DNA from: Lophium mytilinum
Lineage: Eukaryota
Direction of reading: 5' to 3'
DNA: 64,000 nucleotides
Assembly: GCA_010093605.1 (NCBI GenBank)
Contig: MU004200.1
Span: forward strand, 1 to 64,000
The translations under genes were made by a program, and so were the position numbers. Positions 14,195-26,915 of this stretch are shown here, piece by piece. The notes beneath the pieces are model-generated. The model was given only the letters and a program-made list of their open reading frames with translations. It searched no databases and was not told the DNA's origin. The first letter of the stretch is position 1. Every line of letters begins with the position of its first letter.

Positions 14195-15334
14195 TCAAGG
14201 GAACGTGCTCCCACTTTTGGTGTTCCAGCCGGGCAGAAACTTCCCAACACTCTTCTGATATATCTGGTAGTCCGGATACTTTTTGGCTGTTATCCTCTCT
14301 GTGAACCATGTGCTGGCCTGAAACAGCAACAGATACCCCAATGCCCCCACCAAAGTCCAATTTGCGAACACGTCTGTTTTGAAGCAGCTCCACTGGTACA
14401 GGGCAACCCAAAAGGCCTGCTCGGCAGCGAAGTTTGGGTGTCTTGAGTACGCCCATAATCCAGATGTCACGAACCCGCGGTCCAGGGCTTCACGACTATA
14501 ATTCGAAGCAGGCTTGGCTGTGCTCTGGTACCTTTTCTTAGCTTGTTGGAATTTCCATTGCTGTTGATCGGCGAAAAACTCGACGAGAACTAGGAAGAAC
14601 ATAAGCCGGGAGAAGACATTGTCCACAGTGCCCATTTCGCTGCCGGTGACTCTGGGCGTCAGGAGTAGTACGTAAGTTGGCGTGGTTATAGCAAATAGCA
14701 GAAGCTGGTGGGTTTATTAGACAAATAATGTCACAAGAGACGGGGGCGCGTACATTTTGGGCTAAAGAGATGAACAGGACGTTGAAGATGAACATCAATG
14801 TTGGTCCTAGAATCGGCTTCAGGACTTCCCATCTGTAATCCTCAGATCCTATTGAGTAGCCTCCCTTCCTCCAGTAGTTGAATGTCAAACGTATCTAGGA
14901 TGATTTCTTAGTAATGCTGCTCTCATCCCGACACAACAAGGGTAACATACGCTCCAAAGAATGGTGATTGCCATTATGTGATCTAGCTTCTCGGTCTGCA
15001 GCCCAGCCATATGCGCCCAGAGGACGTAGTGTGCATTGTATATTGCGGGCAGGAAACTCCAGAGCCTATCGACCTGGGAATAATTGCGGTTGAATTCGGA
15101 GACGACAAGGACGAGAGGTGTCAAAAACAAAGCAAACGCAAGTGCCGTGATTGCCGGGTTCGTGCTCAGATACAGCGACCTCAGGGCGTCGGCGTCGGCG
15201 ATGTGCTGCCAGACAAGCTGGGGGAGCTGGCGTAGCTGCGGGAGGTAGGGGACAATGGATAGAGAGAAGTCCGCACAGTCGGTGACGGTCTGCACGGCAG
15301 GCAACGCTACGAGCGACGATGGGAGGGCCATCAT
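14195..15334 (-). CDS. DUF1295 / steroid 5-alpha-reductase-like membrane protein (3 exons)
   Basis: NYSQVDRLWS, GGYSIGSEDYRW and SGLWAYSRHPNFAAEQ motifs across ORFs 14885-15334, 14538-14888 and 14195-14635; GT-AG introns. Confidence 0.88.
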
Positions 15335-15603
15335 TGGGGGCGAGCTGGAGAGGTTTGTCTGGGTGGAGGTTGAGGAGGTTGAGGTTGTGAAATTGAGTTG
15401 TACCTGGGTAATGAAGTCACCACTTGCAGGGCGTCCTCGGCTCGTTCCGTCGCTGTAACTTTTTTATTGCAGGGAATAAATCGCCCCACCTTCGTGGACC
15501 CGCCATCACCAAAACAACGCGCTCGCCGCTTAACGCGACGTCACATGGCAGCCAGATCGACACTAGAGAAGCATCCCCCGAACGAAGAGCGTCGTGGGCC
15601 GCT

Positions 15604-17923
15604 ATGGGGAAGATTCTGTGTGTTGCAGAGAAGCCATCAATAGCAAAGGCCGTGGCCAACCACCTCGCTCGCGCACAAGCGGTAGGCCCCCCTCCCAGAC
15701 TGCGAACCGCTGAGGCTAACAAGTTGTCTAGCGGAACGTCAACGGTGTGACCTATGTCAAGAATTACGTTTTCGACTACAACTTCACCCGCTGGGGTGCG
15801 AGCAACGTTGTCTTCACCAGCGTTCTCGGGCATATCAAACAACATGAGTTCGGCCCAAGATATACATCATGGAATTCCTGCGATCCCTCCGAATTATTCG
15901 ATGCTCCGATAGTCAATTCTGTCGTTGATGTAAGTGGGCCGAGCACGCTGGCAAGTCTCTTCTGATCGACTTCAGGACAAAAAAGCCATTGCTAGGAACA
16001 TTGAAGAACAGGCTCGAGGCGCACAAGCCCTTTTCATATGGACCGACTGCGACCGCGAAGGCGAGCATATCGGGACCGAGATCCGGGACATAGCCCTGAG
16101 AGTGAATCCCAGACTAGACGTCAAGAGAGCACGATTCAGTAACATAGAGCGAGCGTTTGTAGCCCTTGCAGTTGATCATGATGTCGCATGCTAATCCACC
16201 CAGTCACGTTATCAACGCCGCAACAAATCCAGTATCGCTAGATGAAAAGCAAGCGAACGCCGTGGCGGCTCGCATAGAGTTGGACCTCCGTTTAGGGGCT
16301 GCGTTTACACGCCTTCAGACCCTGGCCCTCCAATCGATGATCAGCCAAGAGCACAAAATCATTAGCTACGGATCTTGTCAATTTCCCACGTTAGGCTTCG
16401 TGGTTGACCGCTACTTCCGAGTCAAGAACTTTGTTCCGGAAACCTTCTGGCTACTCAAGCTGATGCATGAGAAGAACAATATCAAGGTCAATTTCAATTG
16501 GAAGCGCGGACATCTCTTCGACCGAATGGCCGTTACCATCATATTCGAAAGGTGCCTCGAGGCAAAGATGGCTAGGGTGACGAGCATGCAGAAGAAGCCG
16601 ACGTCAAAATGGAAGCCCTTGCCATTGACGACTGTAGAGCTACAGAAAATGGGCAGTAGATTTCTACGAATGGACAGCCAGCGGGTTATGAAGGTAACCA
16701 TCCACTTGAATCGTCGATCTCACTTCTGCTTACACTGGTGAAGGTGGCAGAAGACTTGTACACGAAAGGGTGGATAAGCTATCCTCGCACAGAAACTGAC
16801 CAATTCGACAAGGGAATGGACTTGAGAAGTCTCGTCGAGAAACAACAGCAAGATGCATCTTGGGGTGCGTTTGCTCAGAAGTATGTATATAGTCTCAGCA
16901 TAAAATGCAGTGCTAACGGCCCAGTCTTATGAACGGCCAATTTAGACAGCCCCGGAGCGGAAGACACAACGATCAAGCACATCCACCAATCCACCCAGTC
17001 AACTTTGTCGTGCGGGCTCAGCTTCAAAACGATGAAGAGAGACGAGTCTATGAGTTTGTCGTTCGCCGATTCCTGGCCTGCTGTTCAGAAGATGCATTGG
17101 GCGAGTCGACGAACATAGAAGTCGAGTACGGCGGAGAAATCTTCCGAGCTCGAGGACTCATTGTAATCCAGCGCAACTACCTGGACGTGTACCCGTACGA
17201 TAAATGGGACAGCAGCCAGCAACTGCCACGCTTTGATGTTGGTGAAGCATTTGCGCCGAAAGAGGTTCAAATGACGGATGGAAACACCACGGCACCGGGA
17301 TACTTGACAGAACCGGAATTGATATCGCTGATGGATGTAAACGGTATTGGCACCGATGCCACGATGGCGGAGCACATTGCTAAGATCAAGGAGCGCGAGT
17401 ACGTTATGACAAGACCAAAAGGGGGCGGTCGGGCTGGTGATGATGGCGGAGTACGCTCAACTACAGGATCACGAGGAGGAAGAGGCGGGACAGGTCGAGG
17501 TCGAGGGGGTGCGGGCAGTGGGAATGCAGCTCCTGCGGCTGGCAATAGCGGGATTCAAGAATTTATACCAACAACACTTGGGGTAGCACTGATCGAGGGA
17601 TACGACAACGTGGGCCTTGACACGAGTCTGAGCAAGCCGTTTCTGCGCAAAGAGGTAACCAGGGCTGCGCGATTTCTGCGGCGCTGATGTGTGCTGACTA
17701 TCAGCAGATGGAACTGCAGATGCGAGCAATCTGCGCAGGCACGGCAACTCGCAGCGACGTGGTGCATCAAAATTTGGAGCTGTACAGAGCGGTCTTCATG
17801 CGGACAGCGCAGCAGATGAACGTGCTCAAGACGGTGAGTGTAAATGAAGCACGGCTGGAGCGGCTGTTGACTGACACGACCACTCAGGCCATCAGAAAGT
17901 ACATACCGCAGGCGAATGGGTGA
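15604..17923 (+). CDS. TOP3: DNA topoisomerase III (type IA), multi-exon
   Basis: MGKILCVAEKPSIAK, TDCDREGEHIG (TOPRIM), SYGSCQFPTLGF, GWISYPRTET (active Tyr), AHPPIHP, GIGTDAT; several short GT-AG introns. Confidence 0.96.
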
Positions 17924-19028
17924 GAGGCGCCGAGACAGCCATGAGCGGGCCTTGGGCCTTGCATGAAGCTGCGGGGAAGTCCTGCGGTCGCGCAACACGT
18001 GTTTTTGCGGGGTTTCGTCGCGATGCCTCTCCTTGCTGAGGTTTGCCGTGTCGGTCTCGTCTTTGTCTGACGGCACCACTCCAGAGACATCACGCGTGAC
18101 CCCACCGTGGGCCGGACGGGGCGAACGGGGCCGCGCTGGCTGCGAGTCTCGGCTATCGTGATGGATTCCGGGAGTTTCTTATTGCTCGCAGGCCGCGTGG
18201 AGGGCTGATAGGAGGCCGGCCGTCGATGTGGCGGAACAGGCCGGAGCAGCAGCAGACAGAGATAGTAGAGCAGCTCGGGCGATAGGACCAGTCTGCAAGC
18301 AACTCGAGTAGATCGAATGAACTCTGTACTCTGTCTGTACTTGGAAGAGATGCATGGGCACGACGCAGACAGGGCGTCTGCGCATACTGCGGAAACTACA
18401 GTGTGCCTCTGGGTGACGACGCCGACCATCACCATGATGAACTTGAACCTGTACAAGCCAAAAGCAACCTTGGAACGACTGATGACGGCGGGTCAGCTGT
18501 GAGAGAGACGGGAGACAGGCCCATGGACTGGGCGTGGCGGCGACAGGCTGGCTGACAGGCCCCTTCTTCATCGGCCCCAGCTTGGGTGCGCCAATGAGAG
18601 TAGCATAGCGCGGCCATCGCGAGCAGGTACCAGCTCCCGAGCTCCTGTCACTGTAGAGTGTCAACACTGCAACACCAACATCCACCATCCTCGTCCTGCA
18701 CCAGCATCGCATCAGATCCAGACGCTCCATCGCACCGCCGCTCTACCGCACCGCTCATCGCCTGCTTGCCGCTCGCCCTCTGCTCCCGCGCCGTCGTCAC
18801 GCCTCCGCCAACCCGGTCCATCACGGTTCCCGAGTTGCACTTCGATCCGCCAGCTACTTCACAGCAGCTTGTTTTCTGTGCCTTCAACTGTGTGTGTGCT
18901 CTCGCCAGCCTCTACTCCACGACAGCCATATTCCCGTACTGTAAGTGTTCAGCCCTTTGTCGTTGTCTGCAGCGTTCGCGCGAGAGCCTTGACTCATCCG
19001 ACCAGACCACCACGCCTTCCACGACAAC

Positions 19029-20351
19029 ATGGCCGCCCACACAGACAGACCCATCTCCAACATCGCCGTGGCATTTGCCGGCCATACTGCCTTTGTGGAT
19101 ATCCCTAAAGCTCGCGACGGCGGGCTCCTCCACGTTCCGGACCTGGCCCAGCAGCACCCTACCATGCTCCTCACGCCCCCGAACTCTATATCTCCTACTT
19201 TACCGCCGCACAAGGCTCTTTCCGATCATCCCCATGGCTCGACGCGCGCTCCTGCCCATCAGGCAGATTCCGACGTTGACCTCATGGACGCTGTGGAGCA
19301 TGCCACGGCGCAGGGTCACCCAACAGCGCTGTCGCGCGCCGCCCTCTCTGGCCTCGAAGCAGCAGGCGCCATAACGCCTGTTATGCTTGCGAGGCACCAT
19401 CTCCCGGACATACTCCTTGCTCACGGGCCCATGGCGATTCGCCATGTGCTGAACCATTTAGCTCAGTCCGTCCCCGGGTTCTCCAGGATACCACCTGCGA
19501 AAGCTCGACGACTTGTAGTTGGAGCTTTGGAGAGCCGAGGCGGCGGCGGCACCAAAGGAGAGGTCGAGTTCGAGAAAGTGGGATGGGGCCGATGGGATGC
19601 TCGTCTGAAAGGACACCCTCCCCGAGAAGGCAGGACATCACAGCAGGGCTCGGCACCAATCGCCGCGCATAGCTTGGTGCGCTCCGGAGTCTCTCCGCCA
19701 GCGAGCGTGCCCGAGTCGTACACTTTGTCCAGTGCAGGTGGCCTCCAAATCCCAAAAAGCCGCCGAAATGCGCGCAACATCTACTCCGGCAGCTGGGCAG
19801 GAGAGTCTGTCCTAAGCTCCCGCGATGAAGAGATGGAAGACATGAATATGGCAGAGCACGAGGCAGACAAAATGTCCTTGGATGGATCTGACCATGACTC
19901 TGGATCCGAATCGTCTGAAATGGCGGAAGACATCCCAGGCCTGGAAGACGACCTGGATGATGTTACGGACCAAGAAGACTGGGCTGCTATTGGTCCCGAT
20001 GCCCTCAGACAGGGCATTGACAGCTTCGGACGTAGAGACGCCCATCGCAGCGTCAGTGCCCTGGTACGCTCAGCGCCTACACGCCTGAAGAACATAGGAC
20101 CCACGCCTGGCTCGAAATATGCGACCCAGCGCTCGAGATTGTCTTCTTTACAGTTGCAGAAACAGCATCAGCAGTCCCGGTCTGGGAGACAAGTTACCCC
20201 CGACCTCCGAATCTCTTCCTTTTCGTCGGGGACCCGTGTTGGCGCGCGGGTTTCTTCTGCTGCTATCCCATCGGACTCGTACGATGTTATGGACCAGAAC
20301 ACTCAGGAGAGGGAGGCGATCGAGGCATTGCTTCGCATGGGCTCCATGTAG
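19029..20351 (+). CDS. STB3: Sin3-binding protein Stb3 homolog
   Basis: 440-aa ORF with ITP..LARHHLPDILL.HGP.AIRH...VPGF...FEKVGWGRW domain and EAIEALLRM C-terminus. Confidence 0.85.
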   Translation: MAAHTDRPISNIAVAFAGHTAFVDIPKARDGGLLHVPDLAQQHPTMLLTPPNSISPTLPPHKALSDHPHGSTRAPAHQADSDVDLMDAVEHATAQGHPTALSRAALSGLEAAGAITPVMLARHHLPDILLAHGPMAIRHVLNHLAQSVPGFSRIPPAKARRLVVGALESRGGGGTKGEVEFEKVGWGRWDARLKGHPPREGRTSQQGSAPIAAHSLVRSGVSPPASVPESYTLSSAGGLQIPKSRRNARNIYSGSWAGESVLSSRDEEMEDMNMAEHEADKMSLDGSDHDSGSESSEMAEDIPGLEDDLDDVTDQEDWAAIGPDALRQGIDSFGRRDAHRSVSALVRSAPTRLKNIGPTPGSKYATQRSRLSSLQLQKQHQQSRSGRQVTPDLRISSFSSGTRVGARVSSAAIPSDSYDVMDQNTQEREAIEALLRMGSM

Positions 20352-21649
20352 AATCCTCTCCCTTTGCTTCTAGTACAGATGAATGTTTCCTGCTATGGAT
20401 ACTAAGTATCATTCTTTTCTTTTTTGAGCTTTGCAGCTGGGTTGGAAAGCGTTTATTGGAAAAGGGATCCCCAGCTTCCGAACGTCAAGCGCTGACTTCG
20501 GAGCTTTCTCGACTGGTGGATTTTACCCCTCATTCCACTGTCTAGGGCCGTCTAAACAGACATACTGCGTTGTGCATTGCCCTTAATTGCCAGGTCTCAT
20601 ACACTGGCTAAACGATCTATTGAGCATAAACCATTCATCGCGATGCGAGGCGAAACAATCCACTCCTGTAGATACTTAGTACAAGTTCTTGCTCTCAGTT
20701 CCGCACGCTGAAATGGGACAATAATGCCGCTCGCAAACCTTACACTTTCACGTGTGGATACATGTACTAAGTAAATCTGCCAGTCTCATGCAATAGCACG
20801 ATAACCATATCGCCCTAAGTTCAGAAGTGGTGTTCCGGCAACATGCTCGCATCGACGACTAGCCATAGACGGTTCTTCCGCCTCTGCCCCACGAAACTTG
20901 CTCAACAGATCCTGAACGCTCGTTGATCAGGCGGGACGGCGTGTAGTATCATTGGTGCCGATAGCCGGAGTATTGGTCACATTGCAAGTCCCTTTGCTTG
21001 CCTGCCGATATGCAACCATACCCATGGTAATAGACTACTGAAGAGAGCGCCTGGAATACAATATCATGCGACTCTGCCCTTCAATCTCTCCCTACCTTCC
21101 CATCACCTCTTCCAGGAAACACAAATCTCGACCAACTTCAACCATCCAATCCCTCATCTACTCTATCCATCATCATCCATCATGCCAGGCTGTGGAACAG
21201 AAGGATGCACTTGTGCTGATTGCGGCTGTGCCGCTGGCGCCTGCTCTTGCGGCAAATAAATGGTACTTACGAGGCCAACTTGTTCTGACCTTCAAACTCA
21301 CAATGGATATAGAAGCCGTGCACAACCCTTAAGAGAGTTCAGGCCCGTTGTTTTATAGGAAGATCGTGGTAGGACAAGACAGATATGGAAGAACATTCGC
21401 TTGGATGGACGATAGGATATATTGCAGATTTATTAGGGCTGCTTATTAAAGCTCCTGGCAATTAATCAGCTATATAGCAACATAATTTGGGCCAACCACA
21501 TGTGCAAATTTGTTTATTGTTGAGGTGCAGCCTTTCCGCGACTGCTTGACTTCCAACCGACCAATATTAGATTGGACAACAATGGATGGTTTCTTAGCTC
21601 TATTCTAAATCCTTACCTATTTTGCAAAATGTCATCCTTATTTTGTTGC

Positions 21650-22169
21650 TTCTATCCTGGCCTAGTGTAATTATATGATTATAAAAGTAGAAAAGGTAAT
21701 GTAGTAATAAGGGGTTATTATATAATCTATAAACTCTCTATATTATATTAGCTGGATAATAAGATATTTAAAGATAACTAGCATAGCCTTTATTTTTTTC
21801 CTATAGAGTTAATACTATAAGAATAGTACTAAATAAAGAAGAGTGCTATAAAAGGATATACTATAGTAAAGTAAATATTTATAAGGTTTTTAGTAACTAA
21901 CCTCTATAACTATATATATAGATAGTTTAAATACTTCTTAAATATTATTTATATACTATCTCTAGCTAATATACTAGTAGATACTATAATCCTAATTCTA
22001 TTACTATATATTAAGCCTATAATTAGCTTACTTAAATGCTAGTAGCATTATAAACCTATAAATTAGCTTACTAGAACTGCTTAATAAACTTTAATAATAA
22101 AAGGTTAAATAGGGTGCTAAGAGTAGTAAATAGATAATACTAGAGAAGAAAGTATAGAGAGTATCTATT

Positions 22170-22200
<31 letters not shown>

Positions 22201-22860
22201 CTACCTATCTATCTACCTATCTTTCTACCTATCTTTCTATATATATCTAAATCTATAAACTCTTAAATAAGAGTAGTATTACTAATATAGCCCCTAATTA
22301 TTATATCTAGGTATTTCTCTTAAAGAATAACCTACAGGTATTAGGCGGATAGGCTAGCTAGTTATCCTAGTATATAGCTATCTATCTATTTCTTATAATA
22401 TTATAAATAAAATATAAAGCTTTAAATTAGTAGAATAATATAAGACTTATAATAGTATAAGCATTATATTATTATAGATAATAGGTTTAAAAGCCTTTAA
22501 ATAAGACAAAACTATAAGTATTTAAATATAATATAAGAAACATTAGATAATATTATAAGAATGTTAGAGAATTAGTTTATAATGCATTAAATAGTCTATA
22601 TATATAACTCTATTACTATTAGTATATACGTACAACTCTATTACTATTAGTATAGAATAGAGAACTTAAGTAATATAATTTCCATCTATCTATCTATCTA
22701 TTCTTACACTAACTCTATACCTTAAATAAACAAAGTTGCTATATAGCCGTAGCTAAGACTAAATCTAGGGGGGTGATAGGAAGAGAAGAGGTGGGTAATA
22801 ACTAAACTTGTCTATTTTTAATTAAGTAATGTTAGGCCTAACTTAGGCTATAGTATAAGC
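21650..22860. mobile_element. AT-rich RIP island of TE relics
   Basis: Sharp drop in GC, TpA excess, (CTAT)n; boundaries approximate. Confidence 0.8.
22439..22728 (+). repeat. Solo Copia LTR with an internal ~30-bp duplication; TSD aataa/aacaa
   Basis: Similarity to 11034-11290; aactctattactattagtat repeated twice. Confidence 0.75.
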
Positions 22861-23053
22861 CGCCAACAAGCTAATGCTTATATTTCAGCTTGATAATGCT
22901 GATACACGGGGATCATATATGACATATGCTTGAAAGAGCATGCCAAGAACTCCGTCTCGATATTTTCAGAGTGTACGGTATTAACCTATTAGGTCTATTG
23001 TCATCATACCCTAGAACCGATGGTGTATTCATAGAGCGAGGATATCTGCTCTG

Positions 23054-24811
23054 CTATTGTAGGGGTTTTATTTTTCCCACTCCAAGCACACTCCAGAACG
23101 CCTCCTCTCTCTTCTCCTTGCCTCCTGGTCGAGTGCTCTCTGTGCCAGGGGCACGATCCTCGACTGCTACGTCGCTCTCGTATTCAATCCTTACGAAAAT
23201 CGGTATCTCTAGAACATCCTCATCCTCGACTAGGCCGTCGTCATCCCGATACTTTTGGTCTCCTCCGAATGTTAGACCGCGATGCTGCTCGATGATTCCG
23301 GGAACGACTTCCAAGATGATAGAGGTCCAGTTACGGCCGCGCTCCCATATCTTTCCAGCCTCGACTTGGGTTGAATTTGCGCTCGACGAGTCGGACGGCC
23401 CGCCGCGTCTGGCAGGTGTAGAGCTCAAAGCTTCATCCCAAACATCCGTATTTGCGCCTACATCGAATTGAGGACAAAGGATGGTGACTTTGCTCTTCAC
23501 TTTGCCCATAGTAGTAGACGGAGTGGCAAGCGTGATACGAACTGGCTCGAACAAAGGATTTGAGACCGTGAGCAAGAAGTGTATTGTCGCGGATGGCTGT
23601 AAGTGACTGTAATCAAAGCCCTGAGCAGCGGAACTTGGAACGGTGGGCAAAGGCAATGAAGCAGAAAGCGCACGAATTGATAGACGAGGGATATGATTCG
23701 ATGCCAGGAGCTTGATCTTGTACCGTGTACTAGTGATTTTTGGCTCAGGCTTTGACAAGATATGCCGACAGGCACGGCAACGCTTTCCGCGCTTGGTACA
23801 TAGCAGTGTTGGAGAGGGACGAAGCTCACTAGCAAAGCGGACAGACTGATCTAGTTGGTTATTCTTCTGAGAGTAAGTAAGCGTGTGATCCCATCCGCGA
23901 AGCTTCAGGTCTTGTATGGCGGCATGGTCAGATGAGGAGGTGTGAATCGCAAGGCCCTCGGCGACGGAGCTGGCCTCTCGCATTGGCGGTGGTTTGTCAC
24001 GTTTCTGCTTCTTCGATGAGGCAGAGGAATAGAGATTCATGATCCGCGAGAAAGACGATGGCGAGCTGAAGTTAATGTCGTGGTGTGGTGAGAAGGGGTG
24101 AGAGGATGCACCGAGCGAGAGCTGGGACTTATAGAAGCTTGAGAGGTTTGAAAACACATCCTCCTGTGCGGGCGGGTCGGCAGCGTCTGAAAGCTCCACG
24201 GAAATATCCTCGCGAGCAGCTGCGAGTCCGTCCCTGGCTTCGTGCCGCTTCTCTCGTGCCTTCTCGCGCTCCTTGAGGCTCGGGACGACCTGCCCACCGT
24301 TCTTTATCCTCGCAAGCTGCTGTGTGATGCCCGTATGCTTCTCGAACTCGATGCCGATATCGAGCGTACTCCAGTGACAGTAAGGGCAGCATAGGAAGAA
24401 GGGGCCGGCGAGACCACCCGTATCGTCGTTCGACGGATGCTTGGGAGGCTCGAGGGAGCTGACAGTCATTGACGAGGTACACACAGGGCAGTTGTAGCAG
24501 TTACGAGTGCATCGATTGCCCTCGCTTTTGATCATGCTGCTGGGAACCTCGAAGAGACAGCTGGGGCAGAACCAATTCAGCGTTTCCTCGAGCACACATC
24601 GTGGACATCGGATCTGGCGGCAGTCTTCGCAGTAGAGCAGGTGCTCGAGTGGGTACAAGGCGTAGTTTGAGCGTGGATTTCGAGGGTCGAAGGTGCGCTC
24701 GTCCTCGTCATCCGCCGGCGGAGGGTGGGATGCGCGCTTGGCCGTGGGCACCGCAGCAGCCGAGTCGAAGCAGTCGCACGAGTAGTACGTGTAGGGGAAC
24801 GGGAGAGCCAT
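23054..24811 (-). CDS. DCTN4: Dynactin p62 subunit (Neurospora ropy-2-like)
   Basis: 585-aa single ORF; LLYCEDCRQIRCPRC, CPSCLFEVPSS, CTRNCYNCPVC, CPYCHWS, KRCRACRHILSKP. Confidence 0.92.
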   Translation of the reverse strand: MALPFPYTYYSCDCFDSAAAVPTAKRASHPPPADDEDERTFDPRNPRSNYALYPLEHLLYCEDCRQIRCPRCVLEETLNWFCPSCLFEVPSSMIKSEGNRCTRNCYNCPVCTSSMTVSSLEPPKHPSNDDTGGLAGPFFLCCPYCHWSTLDIGIEFEKHTGITQQLARIKNGGQVVPSLKEREKAREKRHEARDGLAAAREDISVELSDAADPPAQEDVFSNLSSFYKSQLSLGASSHPFSPHHDINFSSPSSFSRIMNLYSSASSKKQKRDKPPPMREASSVAEGLAIHTSSSDHAAIQDLKLRGWDHTLTYSQKNNQLDQSVRFASELRPSPTLLCTKRGKRCRACRHILSKPEPKITSTRYKIKLLASNHIPRLSIRALSASLPLPTVPSSAAQGFDYSHLQPSATIHFLLTVSNPLFEPVRITLATPSTTMGKVKSKVTILCPQFDVGANTDVWDEALSSTPARRGGPSDSSSANSTQVEAGKIWERGRNWTSIILEVVPGIIEQHRGLTFGGDQKYRDDDGLVEDEDVLEIPIFVRIEYESDVAVEDRAPGTESTRPGGKEKREEAFWSVLGVGKIKPLQ

Positions 24812-25064
24812 AGGCGCGGCGCCCTACAGAAGGGAAGGGGTTCTCGTGAGATGGTAGTGAGTGCAAGAGCCGCAGTGGTTGGGCAAGCTGAGTCCGAAAT
24901 CTTGAGGTCACGTGCCAATATCCATACGTCAAAATGCGGACCTCCGTCTTAAGTAACGAAGTGTCGTTGAAGCGCCAATTGACCACGAACAGCGTCACTC
25001 CCTAACCGGTCGCGTACTGGCTTTCCTTTCCTCTTCTCTCCTCCTCTTCCTCCCCATCTCTGCC

Positions 25065-26176
25065 ATGGTGTCCTCCGCCTTGCTGCCGGCTGCCTCGCTC
25101 CGCACCCTCACCCGCGCTCGTTCACATCGCGTCATAGCCCGCCAATTCGCCAGACGATACGCTATCCAAGCTCCGGGAGCTCCCACACTAGACATCTTCA
25201 ATAGCCAGACAAAATGGCTGCAGAAAGAGCGCGCTGCTGCTGACGTGCAAGCCAGCCGAGATGTGGACTACTTGCGGGATGAGGCTGCCTCGAGACTCTG
25301 CGAGAGATTGCTGGTATGTCTGCCCGCCGTGTGGTCACTTCACAGGCTCATTACAGCCAGGACATCAATCGCCATTTCCCAAAGGTCCTGGACTTGGGTG
25401 CAAACGCGTGCAACATTGCCCGCATGCTTACTCGTCCCTCTCCAGACTCGCCCAGCCCAACGACCCGCGCTGAACGTCTGTCCACTCTTGTCGCCGCGGA
25501 ATCGTCCCAGACGATGTTATACCGTGACGCAGACCTGCCTTTCAACCGCGCCTTAGAAGTTGTACGCCAGGTTCTCCCGAGCTCTGAGATGTTGCCATAC
25601 AAGGCCAATACTTTCGATGCCGTCCTGAGCAGCTTAAGTCTGCATTGGATCAACGATTTGCCATCGGTGCTGGCCCAAGTGAACAATGTACTCAAGCCTG
25701 ATAGCCCCTTCATTGGAGTCATGTTGGGGGGTGATAGTCTCTTTGAGTTGCGTACTTCCCTCCAACTCGCTGAATTGGAACGTCGTGGCGGCGTTTCGAC
25801 GCACACTTCTCCGCTCGCCGACGTACGTGACGTTGGGGGACTGCTGCAACGGGCCGGGTTCCATTTGCTTACCGTGGATGTGGATGACATTGTCGTCGAC
25901 TTTCCAAACAGCTTTGCATTGATGCGAGACCTTCAGGCTATGGGTGAGTCAAATGCTGTGCTAGGCCGCGAGATGGGCGCTATACAGAAAGATGTGATGC
26001 TCGCTGCGGAAGGCATATATAGAGAGTTACACGGCAACGATGATGGTAGCATCCCTGCCACATTTCGGTTAATATACATGATAGGGTGGAAGGAGGGCCC
26101 TAATCAGTCGAAGCCTTTGACGAGAGGCAGCGGCATGGTAAGCATCAAAGACGTTCTAGAAGGGCAGACCAAGTGA
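25065..26176 (+). CDS. NDUFAF5: Mitochondrial complex I assembly methyltransferase/hydroxylase NDUFAF5 homolog (intron 25314-25360)
   Basis: Arg-rich presequence, DYLRDE, VLDLG SAM motif, SLSLHWINDLP, DLQAMGESNA, IPATF.LIYMIGWK. Confidence 0.9.
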
Positions 26177-26915
26177 GGAGCCCTACTCGTAGAAAATACT
26201 ACAGAACATATGTTTCTCGCTGAATACAAGTATTGTAAAGACGCATTTCACGTTTTTGCCACTGAGACCGAGTACGAAAGACCCGACGCAGTCTCAGCAC
26301 ATCAGAGATCACTACCATCAGAAGGGATACCATGCTGTGCTGGAAACACTCATTTTATAGGTCTGTCCGTAATTGCCGCTATTTACAAATTCTACTATTT
26401 ACCGTCGTTATCCGACGTTCTAGAGTGAAGAACATTCCTCGCCCAAGGAGACAAGGAAAGGGGTATCAGGCACAAGTGGCACATGTGCAATCGTCGTACT
26501 TGCAATGGTGCTACAATGACTGATTGCAACCCCTTGAAGATTCAGACTAGAGCCAAAGTGAGGAAAAGTTCAACTAGGGCAGCTAGACCGGCTTCTTGAT
26601 CCCGACAACATGCCATGAACCCCAAGACAGTAGTATGAAAGTGAATGCATGCCATGTGCCCTTGATATTGACAGTTTGGGACTGGCGTTTCTATGAGTGA
26701 GATCCATCTAGTAGAACACCGACCAAGGAAAGAGAGAAAGACAAAAGACAAAGACGAAAAGGGCAATATACAAATCGGACACGAAGTGAGCAGTAAGTAC
26801 GCAAGGATTCCCCCTACCACAGAGTCCAGACCGTTCTAATCAACTCAATGGGTTCGCGTTGAACGTCTGAAACCATGTTGAAACAAAGCAGTCAGCTTGC
26901 TGGGTATCCCAGGGA

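Noticed and set aside
17884..19374. Overlapping ORFs (17884-18456, 18179-18730, 18658-19374)
   Set aside because: GC-rich UTR/promoter shadow ORFs of STB3 and TOP3 with no motifs
20600..21600. Possible gene remnant between STB3 and the RIP island
   Set aside because: Could not assemble a coherent frame or family
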